Virus record (IMG/VR): IMGVR_UViG_3300045125_000071
Coordinates: 124,001-188,000 of that record
Strand: one strand, 5' to 3'
Length of the DNA: 64,000 bases
How positions within the stretch are numbered: position 1 is the stretch's first letter; each line of letters begins with the position of its first letter. The position numbers and the translations under genes are program-made. Shown here in pieces: positions 13,287 to 25,371 of this stretch. The notes under the pieces are model-generated. The model had not been told where the DNA came from, did no database searches, and worked only from the letters and a program-made list of their open reading frames with translations.

Positions 13287-13615
13287 TATTTTTTCTTTTC
13301 CTCAGTTTGAGTAGTATAAATAGCTTTTTTATGTTCTCTAATCTTATTTTTCAATTGGTTAATCAATGTATGCGCTGATTGTAAATTTGTTGAAATTTTA
13401 GAAACCCTACCATTTGATATGGTTTTTAGACCATCAGGTATACAATCTTCCAATTTTCTTAATTCTTTGAGTGTTTCATTTAATGCGTTTTCCAATTCTT
13501 CGATTTTATACTGAACTCTTGAAAATTCATCGCGTTTCACCTTTGAAGTTTCTTCGGATATGACCTTTAAAAACGCATTTTTTATAATTTCTTCAGATAA
13601 TAGATTCTTGTCCAT
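13286..13615 (-). CDS. hypothetical coiled-coil protein
   Basis: 109-aa ORF with upstream TATTTAT motif. Confidence 0.7.
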   Translation of the reverse strand: MDKNLLSEEIIKNAFLKVISEETSKVKRDEFSRVQYKIEELENALNETLKELRKLEDCIPDGLKTISNGRVSKISTNLQSAHTLINQLKNKIREHKKAIYTTQTEEKKK

Positions 13616-13692
13616 ATGTATATAAATACTTAATCTTTACCATTTTTTTATTTGGATTTTATTTCCTATATTTTATTTATAAAAACAAATTT

Positions 13693-14767
13693 ATGCTTTT
13701 TGATTTTGACGATATTTTAATTACACCTGCAATTACATCCCCAATTAACTCAAGAAAGGAAGTTAATCCTTTTTATGCTGATGGGTTTCTTCCATTAATG
13801 ACCGCCCCAATGGATACTGTTGTTGATGTTGAAAATATGAATATTTTCAAAGAAAATAAAGTACACGTTGTATTACCAAGAAATACCTATTGTGTTGATG
13901 ATGTCTTTTCATCATTTGGTTTGGACCAATTTATTGATTATTTTATCACAACAAAGAGGACATCGGATAAACCATTTAAAGTGTTAATTGATGTTGCAAA
14001 TGGTCATATGGAGAAATTAATCACTACCACAGAAATAGCGAAAAAATGTATGGCGACACCATGATATTGATGGTGGGTAATGTAGCAAACCCAAATACAT
14101 TCCAAAAATTTTGCGAAACAGATGTTGATTATGTTAGAATTGGTATTGGTAATGGTGGCGGGTGTTTAACGACTGTACAGACAGGTATTGGTTATCCTAT
14201 GGCTTCACTCATAACAGAATGTCATAAAAAAAGGTCTAATTTAAATGAATCAATAAATTTAAGTTTATTTTTTGACAAAAAATTAGAAAAAAAACGTATA
14301 AAAACCAAAATCGTTGCTGATGGCGGGTTTAAAAAATACTCAGATATTATTAAAGCATTAGCGTTGGGTGCCGATTATGTGATGTTGGGTTCAATATTCA
14401 ATAAAGCGTTGGAAAGTGCGGGTGAAACAATAAGACATACGCCTGAATTAACCGTAGGTCAAGTTGTTGACCAATATTCACAAGAGGCAAGAGATATGTT
14501 TGAAGCAGAAATCATTTTGAGAAAACTGTTCAGAGGTATGAGTACTAAAGAGGTACAGAAGAAGTGGGGTAAAGATGACCTGGTAACATCTGAAGGTATT
14601 GTTAAATCACACAAAGTAGAATATACATTATCAGGGTGGAGAAAGAATTTTGAGGATTATTTGCGTTCTGCCATGAGTTACACGGGAAAAAAGGACTCCA
14701 CGAATTTATTGGTGGAGTTCAATATGAAATGATTACACAAAATGCTTTTAAAAGGTTTGACAAGTGA
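13693..14767 (+). CDS. IMP dehydrogenase / GMP reductase family protein (frameshifted)
   Basis: FDFDDILI, TAPMDTV, IDVANGHM, catalytic loop RIGIGNGGGCLT, IVADGG, FRGMS. Confidence 0.85.
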
Positions 14768-15016
14768 TTAATCAACCCTAAAATCTCTTTCTTCTGTGCT
14801 TGTGAGTTCCTTATCGCGTTTCATACCTTCTTTAATGTATGTACGAATAAGTTTAGAAACAGTCATTTTTTTATGGTCAGCAACTTTTTCAATTTCTTTA
14901 TAATATGCTGGAACAATTCTGAATGAAAGCATTTGAATTAACTGTTTGTGTTTTGGCATATCAGTTGGATTCTTTGCCCCAGACTCTTTTGCTTGTTTAT
15001 ATGCTTTAGATGCCAT
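14768..15016 (-). CDS. small putative DNA-binding (ribbon-helix-helix-like) protein
   Basis: MLSFRI...EIEKVADHKKMTVSKLIRTYI pattern. Confidence 0.5.
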   Translation of the reverse strand: MASKAYKQAKESGAKNPTDMPKHKQLIQMLSFRIVPAYYKEIEKVADHKKMTVSKLIRTYIKEGMKRDKELTSTEERDFRVD

Positions 15017-15086
15017 GTTAATATATATTTCTCTATAAATATTTCATAATTAAGATTATTTTAATTATCTTTTAAAAACTTAAAAT

Positions 15087-15440
15087 ATGGTAAATAAAAA
15101 TCAAGAAAATAAAATTAACCAAACTTTAGAAGGTCAATTTCCCCAAATGACCGAAGAATTTAAAAAAATTTGTACTGAACAATATGATTTATTTTGCGCC
15201 AAGATGTCAAATTATGGGAAGGGTAATATTATGTTAGGTGGTGACATAAATGATGAAGAAGATAGAAAATTGGCTTTAAAGGGGATTACTATTAGATTAA
15301 ATGATAAAACAAACAGACTTATTAATTTATTACTTAAAAACAAAGAAAACGTTGTAAACGAAACTATTGTTGATACTTTCCAGGATATCATAAACTACAG
15401 TATTATTGCCATGATTATTGAAAGGCAGAAGTGGAAATAG
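15087..15440 (+). CDS. DUF1599 / nucleotide-modification-associated domain 1 protein
   Basis: K..NYG..N...GITIRLNDK.NRL.NL......V.ETIVDTFQDIINYSII. Confidence 0.7.
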   Translation: MVNKNQENKINQTLEGQFPQMTEEFKKICTEQYDLFCAKMSNYGKGNIMLGGDINDEEDRKLALKGITIRLNDKTNRLINLLLKNKENVVNETIVDTFQDIINYSIIAMIIERQKWK

Positions 15441-15600
15441 TTTTATAATAGTATTTATATTAAACTTGGTGTATGAAATTCAATGTGAGTCATCCAACAT
15501 TCGTTACTTTTTAGATAGCGTAAATTCAAGTATTCTTAGCAATATAAAAATTGACAATTATTTTGGGATATCATCTGAAAAAAAATTTGGTATTCAATAT

Positions 15601-15831
15601 ATGGTATTAAAACTTATGAAAAATGCTGTTAAAACAAGAGCAAAATTAACTAATACCGAATTAAAAAGTTTTGTGATTTTACTACAAACAAAAAACGAAG
15701 AATCTGAAAATTATGAATTCGCGGCTATCCTAAAAGATATTATTGTAAATTTTGATACGGTGAATGATTTTGTAAAACCTGTTAAAAAAACTAAAATTAT
15801 CAAAGTCGACGAAAAACAAAATGAAGAATAA
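15601..15831 (+). CDS. hypothetical protein
   Basis: 3' part of track ORF 15418-15831. Confidence 0.5.
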   Translation: MVLKLMKNAVKTRAKLTNTELKSFVILLQTKNEESENYEFAAILKDIIVNFDTVNDFVKPVKKTKIIKVDEKQNEE

Positions 15832-16200
15832 TATAGATTATGCAACAAAGAAAAAATATGCTCTATATGCACTGAAATGGTGTAATACTTATTTTGGAAA
15901 ATGTAAAAGAAAAAAACGGGAACTAATATTTGAAATAAATCCCAGAAAAAATTAAAAAAACGAAGTATATATTTTGGATATTATTGTTTTTATAGAAACA
16001 AACTAACAATATATATAAACAATTGTGAGACCTTACTTGATATTGTTCAAACAGTTATTCATGAATATACGCATTATTTACAATCAAGAACAAAATATGA
16101 ATACTATGAACAAATCTACAACTATTCAACAAATCCTCTAGAAAAAGAAGCGAAAAAAACGAATTGAAATATGGTAAAAAATGTTTAAGAAGTATTAAAA
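15821..16200 (+). CDS. HExxH metallopeptidase-like protein (frameshifted, end approximate)
   Basis: TVIHEYTHYLQ...NPLEKEA read by eye. Confidence 0.5.
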
Positions 16201-16201
16201 A

Positions 16202-16399
16202 TCAGTTCAATATTTCCAAATCTGTAATTTCTTTCAAATAATACAATACAACATTATCTTGTGTTTTTTTCAAAACAATATTACACTCAAGCAAATTCAT
16301 TAATTCATGAATTTTATTTTCCTTAATATGTGATGCATGATATTTTCTATACACAAAATATAGCTTATTATCATATTTTATTAATTCATGATTAATCAT
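16202..16399 (-). CDS. hypothetical protein
   Basis: ORF track; translationally coupled to the upstream gene. Confidence 0.55.
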   Translation of the reverse strand: MINHELIKYDNKLYFVYRKYHASHIKENKIHELMNLLECNIVLKKTQDNVVLYYLKEITDLEILN

Positions 16400-16950
16400 A
16401 ATTTTTGATTTCGAATGTGGTTTAAAACTTCATTAGCAATATTATAATCAACATTAAATTCATTAAAAGGTAAATTATTAACCAATAATAACTCTTTGAT
16501 TTTTTTGTCAATTGACAGAGATTCTTCATAATCCTGATATCTACCAACATTTTCATATGTATTTTCTAACCTCTTTAGGTAAATATTTATATTTTTGTAT
16601 TTTTTAAAAAGTGAAATAATAAAATTATCATAACTTTCATCATAAAATTCACTAGGGTAATTTGAAAAAGAATCGTACATGTTTTTATATACCAGACCAA
16701 GTAGTATTGGTGAATCAACAATAATATAGTCCACCTTACCATATAATCTAGATATATTTCTATGCTGATTTGCTGTGACGTAAAATTGGTCTTTTATTGA
16801 TTCAATATTACCATCCCAAGCAAGAACTTTTGGGAATTCTTGTGTTAATTCAACACTATACGCTCTTTTTTTCATTACAGAAAATAATTCCGAGGCAAGC
16901 GTGGATTTACCAGAACCTGGTCCACCAAATAAATTTATGATAATACTCAT
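16396..16950 (-). CDS. P-loop NTPase/kinase (AAA_28/NadR-like)
   Basis: INLFGGPGSGKST Walker A; YIIVDSPILL. Confidence 0.75.
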   Translation of the reverse strand: MSIIINLFGGPGSGKSTLASELFSVMKKRAYSVELTQEFPKVLAWDGNIESIKDQFYVTANQHRNISRLYGKVDYIIVDSPILLGLVYKNMYDSFSNYPSEFYDESYDNFIISLFKKYKNINIYLKRLENTYENVGRYQDYEESLSIDKKIKELLLVNNLPFNEFNVDYNIANEVLNHIRNQKL

Positions 16951-17037
16951 ATGTAAATTATATAAAAAATATTCCAAAAATAAAACGTATATATAACTAA
17001 TTTTGTTTTTATATAAAATATTTATAGTATCAAGATT

Positions 17038-17362
17038 ATGGAAATGGATAGTAATTCAGTATATACGGTATTAATAACAGCAATAACGGTGCTTGGTTCT
17101 GCAAGAGCATGGAGGTATTATGAGAGGAGGGCACTTTTAAAAGAAAAAGACAGAAAATTACATGAAAGATAATTGCGCAGAACGAATTGCAAAACTTGAA
17201 GCATTGTTGGAAAAAGCTTCCGTAGAAAAAGATGAAATGAGACAAGTAATATTGAAACTAACCGAACAAGTTGCGGAACTTAGAGTTAAAGTTGAATTTC
17301 TTGAAGAAGAAAATGAATATTTGAATAATTTAAGAGGTGGAAAGAGAAAACCAACTCAATAA
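17038..17362 (+). CDS. membrane-anchored coiled-coil protein (frameshifted)
   Basis: N-terminal TM helix (VYTVLITAITVLGS) joins ORF 17162-17362; TATTTAT upstream. Confidence 0.55.
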
Positions 17363-17700
17363 TTTTTAACAATACTATCAAATATTTCAATCACTTGATT
17401 TAAAGAAGAATGGTCAAAACATTCAGAATACCCAGAAAAAGATTCTAATAATGGTCTATATTTTTTTATTACCTTATTTTTTTCAATTTATCAAGAACTT
17501 TCTTTTCAATTTCTTCAGCCATTTCGGTATCAACTCTCCTCAAAATTGTTTCAACAACATATCCATCATAACCAAATAATTTACTAAATCTACTGATAAT
17601 AAATTTTTTTGATGTTATTCCTACCTTCACAAATAAAAGGTTGGTTTTTTCTTCTTTTAGAATAATTAAATACAAAGATTTTGGTGGATTTCTTTTTCTT
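17356..17700 (-). CDS. GIY-YIG/T5orf172-like nuclease domain protein (frameshifted, ends approximate)
   Basis: LYLIIL...FVKVGIT..RF...E.....GYSECF. Confidence 0.45.
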
Positions 17701-17709
17701 TTTTCTTTA

Positions 17710-17916
17710 TTATGTTTTTCTAAATTTTTTTGAGAAAGTAACGGCTTGACTCAATGTTTTAAATTCTTTAATTACCCTATATGGATTTGGTATATATTTT
17801 TTATATTTTTTTACATAAAGCAACTTACCACTATCAACTTCATATAATGTTGAATTATTTTTTTTAATTTCATTAATATCAAAATATCCAATTTTTGTTA
17901 CCAATTTCTTGCTCAT
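17710..17916 (-). CDS. hypothetical protein
   Basis: 68-aa basic ORF. Confidence 0.55.
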   Translation of the reverse strand: MSKKLVTKIGYFDINEIKKNNSTLYEVDSGKLLYVKKYKKYIPNPYRVIKEFKTLSQAVTFSKKFRKT

Positions 17917-17993
17917 ATGTATTTTACAGTTCTAAACATAATTATTGGTATTCTTTATTTAAAATGCGATATTTATAGAATATTTAATATATT

Positions 17994-19729
17994 ATGGATA
18001 TAAATTACTTAACAAACAAGCTATTAAAAGAAGCTGTAGAAAAAAATATCAAAAACAATTTGATAACTTATACGGAACTTGGAAAAACGAAAAACCAAAT
18101 CTTACATTAGAAGATGCTGAGGCAATATATAATGTTTATAGAAGTGTTTTAGGTTCTATTAATATGGATGTAGACGCTGTTAAAAGATTTTTATATATAC
18201 ATGATGGCAAAACACCTAATAAAAGAAAATTAGAATTAAAAGATTTACAAAATATTGAATCTATCACATTTGTTGAGTTGCTTTCATTTTAGAAATTGTG
18301 GAAAAAATTCGAGAAAGATATTGATTCCGATGATTCTGAAGCAAAAAAACAAGACGATTTACAAAAAGAAAATGAAATAAAGGCAATATTTGATGCTGAT
18401 GGTGTGCAACCAACAAAAGAAAAATTGATGAATCTAAGAAAATGTGGTATGATGCCACATCAGCAAAAATATCAGAAGGTTCAGTAAGGTTATATGAAAT
18501 TATGAACCAAACCCAAATCTATAAGAATGGGTTTATTACTATCAAAAAATGTACTTGCTAGGAAAAATACAATCGAGAAAGGAGGTTTTAATTACCCATG
18601 GTGCGTAACCATGAGAGGTCGTAATGTCTATATTAGACGTGTTGATGAAAATGGTAATGAATATGGTGATGGCGTTCAGAATCACATGGAAAACATGTAT
18701 TCCAGCTATAGAAGCGGTCAAGGTTGGACATTTTATTTTGTTATAGATGATAGTAAACCAGAAACCGACAAATATCATATGGCATCAATAGCAGTATCTA
18801 AAAATAAATTATTTTTGTTACATCAATGCTTAATGATGGTGATAGACAAATGGATTGGGATGACATATCAATAATTTATCCAGATTTAGATGATTTGGAA
18901 AATGTTTTAGTACCAAGAGAACATGATACTAAAGAATTAGAAACAAAAAGCATTCTTGATATTGTTAATGAAATACCAGGTAATCAAACGAATTTTCAAG
19001 ACAAGACAATCAAAGACAAATGGATTTTATTGATGCTGGTGGTGTTTTAAGAGTACCACGTTCTTGGGAAATGGCTAGTAAAGATGTAAGAGCAACATAT
19101 ATTAATACAACAATAGTACCAAACGTAAACTCAAAATTCAGTAATTTAGAATTTATTCAAGCGGTACTAAAAACAAGTAAAAACCATTTAGAAAAAAATT
19201 GATAAATTTAGGATTTAAAAATGGTGTAAATTACCTAATTGAATATTATTTAAATCGTTCTTATGAATCAAAAATTGCAAGTAAAACAAATAAAAATCAT
19301 AAATTAATGATAAATAGAGTCACCAAAAAAGTTGGTTTATTCGATTTTGGTAATTTTACTTGGTTAACATTTAACGGTATAACATTCGATGATAACTATT
19401 CTCTTATGAGCGGTAGGGGTGAATTTTATGTAAGCAATAAAAACATAAATTATATTTTAGAAAAATATACAAAAGGCGCTGAAGATTCAACAACGCTTTA
19501 TGCATTATTTGAATTCGGTGGACCATCTAAACTTACTGCCGATGCTTATTTTTTCACCAATACCCAGTGGAACAAATTATTAAAAGATAAGAAAATAACA
19601 CCAAAATCTGCTAAATCACCCATAGCTAAAATTAAAGATTTTGAACCAGAAAGGGACATTGATATAAAAGAATATCTTATGAATTTAAAAGGGGTTTATA
19701 ACCCCCTTTTTTATTTAAGCAATGAATAA
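17994..19729 (+). CDS. large hypothetical protein (several frameshifts)
   Basis: Track ORFs 18296-18487, 18527-18874, 18826-19050, 19020-19202 and 19199-19729 abut in shifting frames; TATTTAT upstream. Confidence 0.55.
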
Positions 19730-20424
19730 TATTTGTTAAAGTGTTTTATTTCATAACCTTTTGCTGTTTTTTGATTACCAGATAAAACATGTTTTACATT
19801 ACTTTCTGAACATTTTAAAAATTCCGCAACTTCTTTAGTCGTTTCAAATTTAGCAATAATTATATTATTTTTTAAAATAATTTTTTCACCGTGGTAATTC
19901 CAAACTTTATCTCTAATTATTTTTTTCCTTTTTCACTTAATTTTTGTTTTGTTTTTTCTGTATGTTTTTTCCCATAAAAAGGATTTTTATTACCAGAATA
20001 TCTACCCTTCATTGTTTCAGATTGTCTTTTTTTTGTTCTTTAGTTAATACTCTTTTATTATTTTTTCCATAACTATTACCTATGTTTGTCAGTCTATATG
20101 CTAATCTAGCTTCTTCATATGCTGATGATGATATGATTCTTTTTGTTTTATTTGACATAGATAACATTTTATGAAAAGCTAATGCCATTTGTCTATCTTT
20201 ATATATTATCCATAATAACCAATGCGCAATAAAATGTTCTCTAGCTGTTAATAATACAATGTTTTCATTATTTTTTGGTCTATTACTATTACCTTTTCCA
20301 CCTTTACATTTTGGTACTATATGATGTCCTTCAAAATATTCACCATTCTTTTTTCTTTTATTCTATCGTTTTTCATTAATAACCTACTAAACATTAAATC
20401 ATCATATATTTTTTTATAATTCAT
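19712..20424 (-). mobile_element. HNH homing endonuclease with NUMOD-like C-terminus (frameshifted)
   Basis: Read by eye: YFEGHHIVPKCKGG...NIVLLTAREHFIAHWLL; C-terminal IAKFETTKEVAEFLK. Confidence 0.7.
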
Positions 20425-20446
20425 AATAATCTTTTAATTAATATGG

Positions 20447-21298
20447 TTATTTTGTTAATAGTGAATAAAATAATTTGAATTCTTTCATTCGTTGTTCTAA
20501 ACCTATTTGCCCACCATTTACACATCTTGTAACAATTTTTACTGTTTGTTCGGATGCGTCAACACACTTATTTAAACAGTTTTTACTAAAAAACCATGCA
20601 GCAGATAATAATGGATATTTAGTCGCAACTAAATCTGGGTTGTTTACTAAATTCACATTTATGGCATCACCAAAAGCGACGTAATTATTTTTACCTGTTA
20701 ATTGTATATATCCCCTACCTCTGAATTTAAAACCCTCCTTAGTTGGTTCTGGACCATTACCCATTCTATCACCGTAAACCCTCGATGCTATTTTTTCTGG
20801 TTTCTTTTCATATGATTCAGCAAGATTACCTGGAAAATATCTTGGAAACACTCTCAGAAGCCCTTGTCTGGAATAATTAAGATTTTCCTGTACAATCCTA
20901 AAGTTACCAGATTCATGTCCACATTGAGCCAGAAAATGGGCTAATTTTATTGGTGTATCTATTTTAAACTTTTCTGTTGTTTCAGGTATTTGGGCAAGAA
21001 CATTATCTGGTATATAGCCCCTTAAATTTTGTAAATTTAGGGGACCAATAGTTTCAGTAATTTCTGTTGCTATTTCATCGGTTTCTTGTTTTTTAATTGG
21101 TTTGCTGTCAAATTTTGTTGTAAATAATTTACCCCAAGTGTTTTGTCCAACAACACCATCCGCAATCAAACCATTTCTAGCTTGCCATTTTTTTACCGCA
21201 GCTTGCGTACCAGCACCAAAAACACCATCAGCACTTAACCCTAATTTTTCTTGTAATTGTTTTACCTGTTCGCCTCTAGACCCTATTTTTAATAACAT
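20447..21298 (-). CDS. endolysin: peptidoglycan-binding domain + GH19 (chitinase-like) muramidase
   Basis: V..LQ.KLG..ADGVFG..T..AVKKWQ...GL.ADG.VG; FLAQCGHES, FRGRGYIQLTGKNNY, VNGG. Confidence 0.9.
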   Translation of the reverse strand: MLLKIGSRGEQVKQLQEKLGLSADGVFGAGTQAAVKKWQARNGLIADGVVGQNTWGKLFTTKFDSKPIKKQETDEIATEITETIGPLNLQNLRGYIPDNVLAQIPETTEKFKIDTPIKLAHFLAQCGHESGNFRIVQENLNYSRQGLLRVFPRYFPGNLAESYEKKPEKIASRVYGDRMGNGPEPTKEGFKFRGRGYIQLTGKNNYVAFGDAINVNLVNNPDLVATKYPLLSAAWFFSKNCLNKCVDASEQTVKIVTRCVNGGQIGLEQRMKEFKLFYSLLTK

Positions 21299-21387
21299 AA
21301 TTTTATAATTTTATAATTTTATTCAATTATATATAAATATTTCATTTTGAAATTATTATGTATTTATAATAATAACAAAATATTAGT

Positions 21388-22575
21388 ATGAGTAAGACTC
21401 TTTTTATATTAAAAGAAAACCAAATAAAAAAACTTATTGGTAATATATTATTGGAACAACAAACTATTACTAATAACTCCACAACAGTTAATATATTTCC
21501 AAAAACACCTTTAGGTAATTTATTTAGCTATGGTGAATTTCAATCTGAAAAGGTCAAAGATTATATTTTAACGAATTTGAAACCAAGAATAGAGGATTTT
21601 ATAGCAAAAAGTGATTCGGCTCAATTTACCATCAAAATATCTGCTGGGGAATCTCTTGTCACAAATCCAAAAGGTTTCGAGACAAGAGGAAGTTTAGCAC
21701 TAGCCAGAGCTAATTCAGTAAATCAATATTTTCAAGAAGCGTTTGGTGATTTAATAAAAAATGGTGTTATAAAAATAGAATCACCAAATAATGTAAGTAA
21801 AGTTCAAATCGGTACAACACCTTATGAAAAAGGTGACCAAAACAACCCAAATTTAGTGGCTAAATATAAAGCCGAGCAGTTTGTAAATTTTGAAATTGTC
21901 GGTTCAGGAACAAAAACTGAAGTTAAAACAACAACATTATGTGAAACAGAACCATTACGGAGTAGCGGTGGTTATATTATGGCAGATAATGATTATACTA
22001 ATATAACAAATTGGAATTTAGGTAAAGGTAGTGGGGATGTATATATTATGTACGATGTTTACCAACAATTAGATATTTTATATTTTGAATATAATGGTCA
22101 AATATATGGGGACACATTATTTCATGGAAGTACTGGGGATACACAAAGAATATTTTTAGGCACAAGTTTAAGAGCGAAATACGGTAACGGTACTCTACCT
22201 AATCAAATGGCGAACAACACATTTATACCATTAAATCAAAGTGATAGTAGAATATTTAAAAGTTTAGATGATATGGGTGAATGGGGTTTGGTTAAAAGTT
22301 TTCAAAACACATTTGGTCCAAATTCTTCATTACATAACCCACAATACATGGCAGCATTCCAGGAATTTGATGAGACTAAAAACAAGAGTAGGTTAATTAA
22401 AAATTTAGGCGTTGATTTCCCTTGGGGTTATTTGGATAGTAAAATAGGTAAAAAAGAAGTAACCATTGGTCCGTTTAAAAAAGTTGATGGGATTGACACT
22501 ATTAAGGTTATTAATGTTGCCCCAGTCGGAACTACTGGGTGGGTAATATCGTTGGTCTGTACAAATAATCCTTAA
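21388..22575 (+). CDS. putative virion protein with shared N-terminal leader and OmpA-C-like domain
   Basis: ILKENQIKKLI leader; SAGES...SLALARANSV motif; TATTTAT upstream. Confidence 0.6.
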   Translation: MSKTLFILKENQIKKLIGNILLEQQTITNNSTTVNIFPKTPLGNLFSYGEFQSEKVKDYILTNLKPRIEDFIAKSDSAQFTIKISAGESLVTNPKGFETRGSLALARANSVNQYFQEAFGDLIKNGVIKIESPNNVSKVQIGTTPYEKGDQNNPNLVAKYKAEQFVNFEIVGSGTKTEVKTTTLCETEPLRSSGGYIMADNDYTNITNWNLGKGSGDVYIMYDVYQQLDILYFEYNGQIYGDTLFHGSTGDTQRIFLGTSLRAKYGNGTLPNQMANNTFIPLNQSDSRIFKSLDDMGEWGLVKSFQNTFGPNSSLHNPQYMAAFQEFDETKNKSRLIKNLGVDFPWGYLDSKIGKKEVTIGPFKKVDGIDTIKVINVAPVGTTGWVISLVCTNNP

Positions 22576-22860
22576 TATATTTGGGTATTTGATTTTTATA
22601 TCATTTTCATCCAATTTGATATACGTTTTTGTTTTGAAATCATACAAAGATAATTGTCTAACAAAGACAGTGTCTTTTATATTACTCCAACTGATAAATG
22701 CTATATGTTTGTTTGTCAATTTTTCTACATGCGAAATAATAAAACTATTTAACTTTTTATCAATCTTCATTGTTTGCCACAAACTATCGGAATTTATACC
22801 ATTTTGGGCATAAGATGATACCGAATAAAGACAAAATACAAGAATTGTTAGGTATCTCAT
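22405..22860 (-). CDS. putative secreted protein (true 3' end uncertain)
   Basis: Signal peptide MRYLTILVFCLYSVSSYAQ. Confidence 0.5.
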   Translation of the reverse strand: MRYLTILVFCLYSVSSYAQNGINSDSLWQTMKIDKKLNSFIISHVEKLTNKHIAFISWSNIKDTVFVRQLSLYDFKTKTYIKLDENDIKIKYPNILRIICTDQRYYPPSSSDWGNINNLNSVNPINFFKRTNGYFFFTYFTIQITPREINA

Positions 22861-23032
22861 AAAATTTGTTTTAACAAACGTATAACAATTATACACATTT
22901 TCCAAATTTTTTTTATATTGTATTTATAAATGACCTTGTGCTTGATTTTCAAGTGTTTATATATAACATTTGAGTTGGATTTAACACCCAACAAATTGAA
23001 AATCAAATAATTAGAGAATAAAAAATAAGGAA

Positions 23033-24028
23033 ATGAAAAAAAAAGTATCAATTAACAGTGGCGTTGCTGTGCCACAATCCTTCATTACAAAGAACAAACA
23101 GAGGGTAAAACAGTATGCAGACACCGTTTATCTTGAAAACGGGGACGAGTTCGAATTAGAACTCTTTAATCCAACACAAAATAAGGTTTTGGCTAAAATT
23201 GAACTGAACGGAACAAGTATCGGTAGTGGTGTTGTTCTCCGACCAGGGGAAAGGGTATTCTTGGAAAGGTATCTGAATGAACCTAAAAAATTCAAATACG
23301 ATACCTATTTTGTGGATGATAATAATCCAAGCGTTGATGCTGCAATCAAACAAAATGGGGATGTTATGGTATCGTTCTATGATGAAGAGAAACCTGACTA
23401 TTTGTATAATGGTACTTGTTGATATCAGGTAATTATTTGTCATCAGGCACAACATACCACAAATTACCCAACATTTACAACTTTTAATGATAACTTCACA
23501 TACACAACAAATGGGTTGAATATGTATAGAGATACATTATCATTCAGTTCTTCAGAGGTAAAAAGCGCATCAATAAGTTCACGAAGTTTTGCCAAGACAA
23601 AAGAAACTGGCAGAATTGAGAAGGGTGGTGACTCATCACAAAAATTAACATATGATTCAACAAGATTTAAAACCACAAAAATCGCAACAAACTGGTGGAA
23701 AATTTTGCCAATGTCAGAAAAGGTAAAAACGATTGATGAGGTTCAGACATTCTATTGTTCAAGTTGTGGAACAAAAAGAAAAAAGGATAATTATAAATTT
23801 TGTCCAAACTGCGGAACAAAATTTGTTGAAGAAAAAGAACCTAAAATCATATTCACCGAAGATGTTAGATATATTCATTATATTAATGGTGAATTTAGAA
23901 CTTTAATGATGTCATCGTATAATGATACCTTAGATAAATTTTTGGAAAGACATAAACACAAATCCAAAATTATCATAAAAAGAGATAGTCTGACAGAAAA
24001 TAGTTTGAGGGCGATTTTAATAGATTAA
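23033..24028 (+). CDS. hypothetical phage protein with C-terminal zinc ribbons (frameshifted)
   Basis: ENGDEFELELFNP...VLRPGERVFL; CSSCG...CPNCG; ORFs 23033-23422 and 23516-24028 join. Confidence 0.6.
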
Positions 24029-24373
24029 AATAAAATAACACAAGGTCACAAAAAAGGGGGGTTTAAACCCCTTTTTTATTTCATGTATTTCTTTTTCTTT
24101 TGATATCATTTTATCGACCGCATTTGTAAATTTAAAACATTTGTCTGTAATGTCATTTGCTTCGTGGTCGAACATTGTTAATTTTACACTATTATGTTTA
24201 ACTAACATATCTGGATGATGGTTTTGTTTTTTTGCAATATTGGCAACTTTGTTTACAAAATCGATAACATCGTCATATGATTCAAATTTATATGTTTTAA
24301 CCAATTTTCCACCAGTTTCTTTCCAATCAGATTTTATTTTATCAAGTTGTTTTTCGGTTATAATAATTTTCAT
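24017..24373 (-). CDS. phhB: pterin-4-alpha-carbinolamine dehydratase
   Basis: LVKTYKFESY...FVNKVANIA...NHHPDM.V...V.L...H....IT.K. Confidence 0.85.
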   Translation of the reverse strand: MKIIITEKQLDKIKSDWKETGGKLVKTYKFESYDDVIDFVNKVANIAKKQNHHPDMLVKHNSVKLTMFDHEANDITDKCFKFTNAVDKMISKEKEIHEIKKGFKPPFFVTLCYFILIY

Positions 24374-24376
24374 ATA

Positions 24377-24986
24377 TTATGATTTATATAATAATCTCAA
24401 TAATTTTTTAGTTAAATCTGGATTGTTTCTATTTGCGTGAATATATTTGTATAACGGTATTCTGAATGATTCGATATTTTTACCAGGGAAATTACTTTTA
24501 AAATTTTCTTTATCTGCCAATAAATCTGGCGATTCAATATTCGGTGTTTTTTTTACTTCTTCCTTTTTTTGTTGTGGTGGTGCTGGGTATGTTTTATTTA
24601 TTTGTTGCATTGTTTTGCTTGGTTCATTTGGTGCGTTTGCGCTGGTTGTTCATTTAATTGTGGTCTATCAACATTCAACATTTCAGCATCATAATCCCTT
24701 CTTTTCAAACCACCAGCCTCAACTTCATCAACTAACATATTTGTAATCGCATCCAGAAAAGCATACATTTTTTCTCTATCTTCATAATATGCTGGATGTA
24801 ATTTAATATTGTTTATAACAATTTTAGCCATTTTATATGGTGATGGTTCCATAGATTGCCCAGGCATAAGTTTACCACCTTCATAAGAATAATCTTCTTT
24901 ACCAAGCTCATCCATTTGCGCATATTCTTCTTGCAATCTTTTTTGTAATTTCTTTAATTGCAATTCCGTCAACTTAATTTTTTCAT
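24377..24986 (-). CDS. hypothetical protein with shared leader (frameshifted)
   Basis: MKKLKLTELQLKKLQKRLQEE; ORFs 24598-24972 and 24377-24610 join. Confidence 0.55.
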
Positions 24987-24987
24987 A

Positions 24988-25101
24988 TTATTTGATGTTA
25001 ATATTTTTTAAAACAGAGATATTATCGTTGATTCTTTTTGTTGTTTTTTTACCTGACTTGATACTTTTTGTTGGTCTATGTTTTTTTTGTTTTTTTGCCA
25101 T
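24988..25101 (-). CDS. small basic peptide (37 aa)
   Basis: MAKKQKKHRPTKSIKSGKKTTKRINDNISVLKNINIK; TATTTAT upstream. Confidence 0.5.
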   Translation of the reverse strand: MAKKQKKHRPTKSIKSGKKTTKRINDNISVLKNINIK

Positions 25102-25155
25102 TTTAGTATTATTGTTTCAAACGATATCTCTTTATTTTATATATAAATATCAATT

Positions 25156-25355
25156 TTAATTTTTATCCATATCTTTATTATCATCTGATTTTCCAGAGAA
25201 TGTCTTATATTGTCTTAATCTCTTAGCTTTAAAAGCGGGAGAATCACTGCTCTCATAATCTGCTAATGCTTTTTTCGCTGCGCGTTTTTAAGTTCTGGAG
25301 ATAATTCAACGATTAGATTTTTTAATTGTGTTTCTGTTAAAATAATTTTTCTCAT
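25156..25355 (-). CDS. small protein with shared leader (one frameshift)
   Basis: MRKIILTETQLKNLIVE...; TATTTAT upstream. Confidence 0.55.
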
Positions 25356-25371
25356 ATATCAATAAATATGT

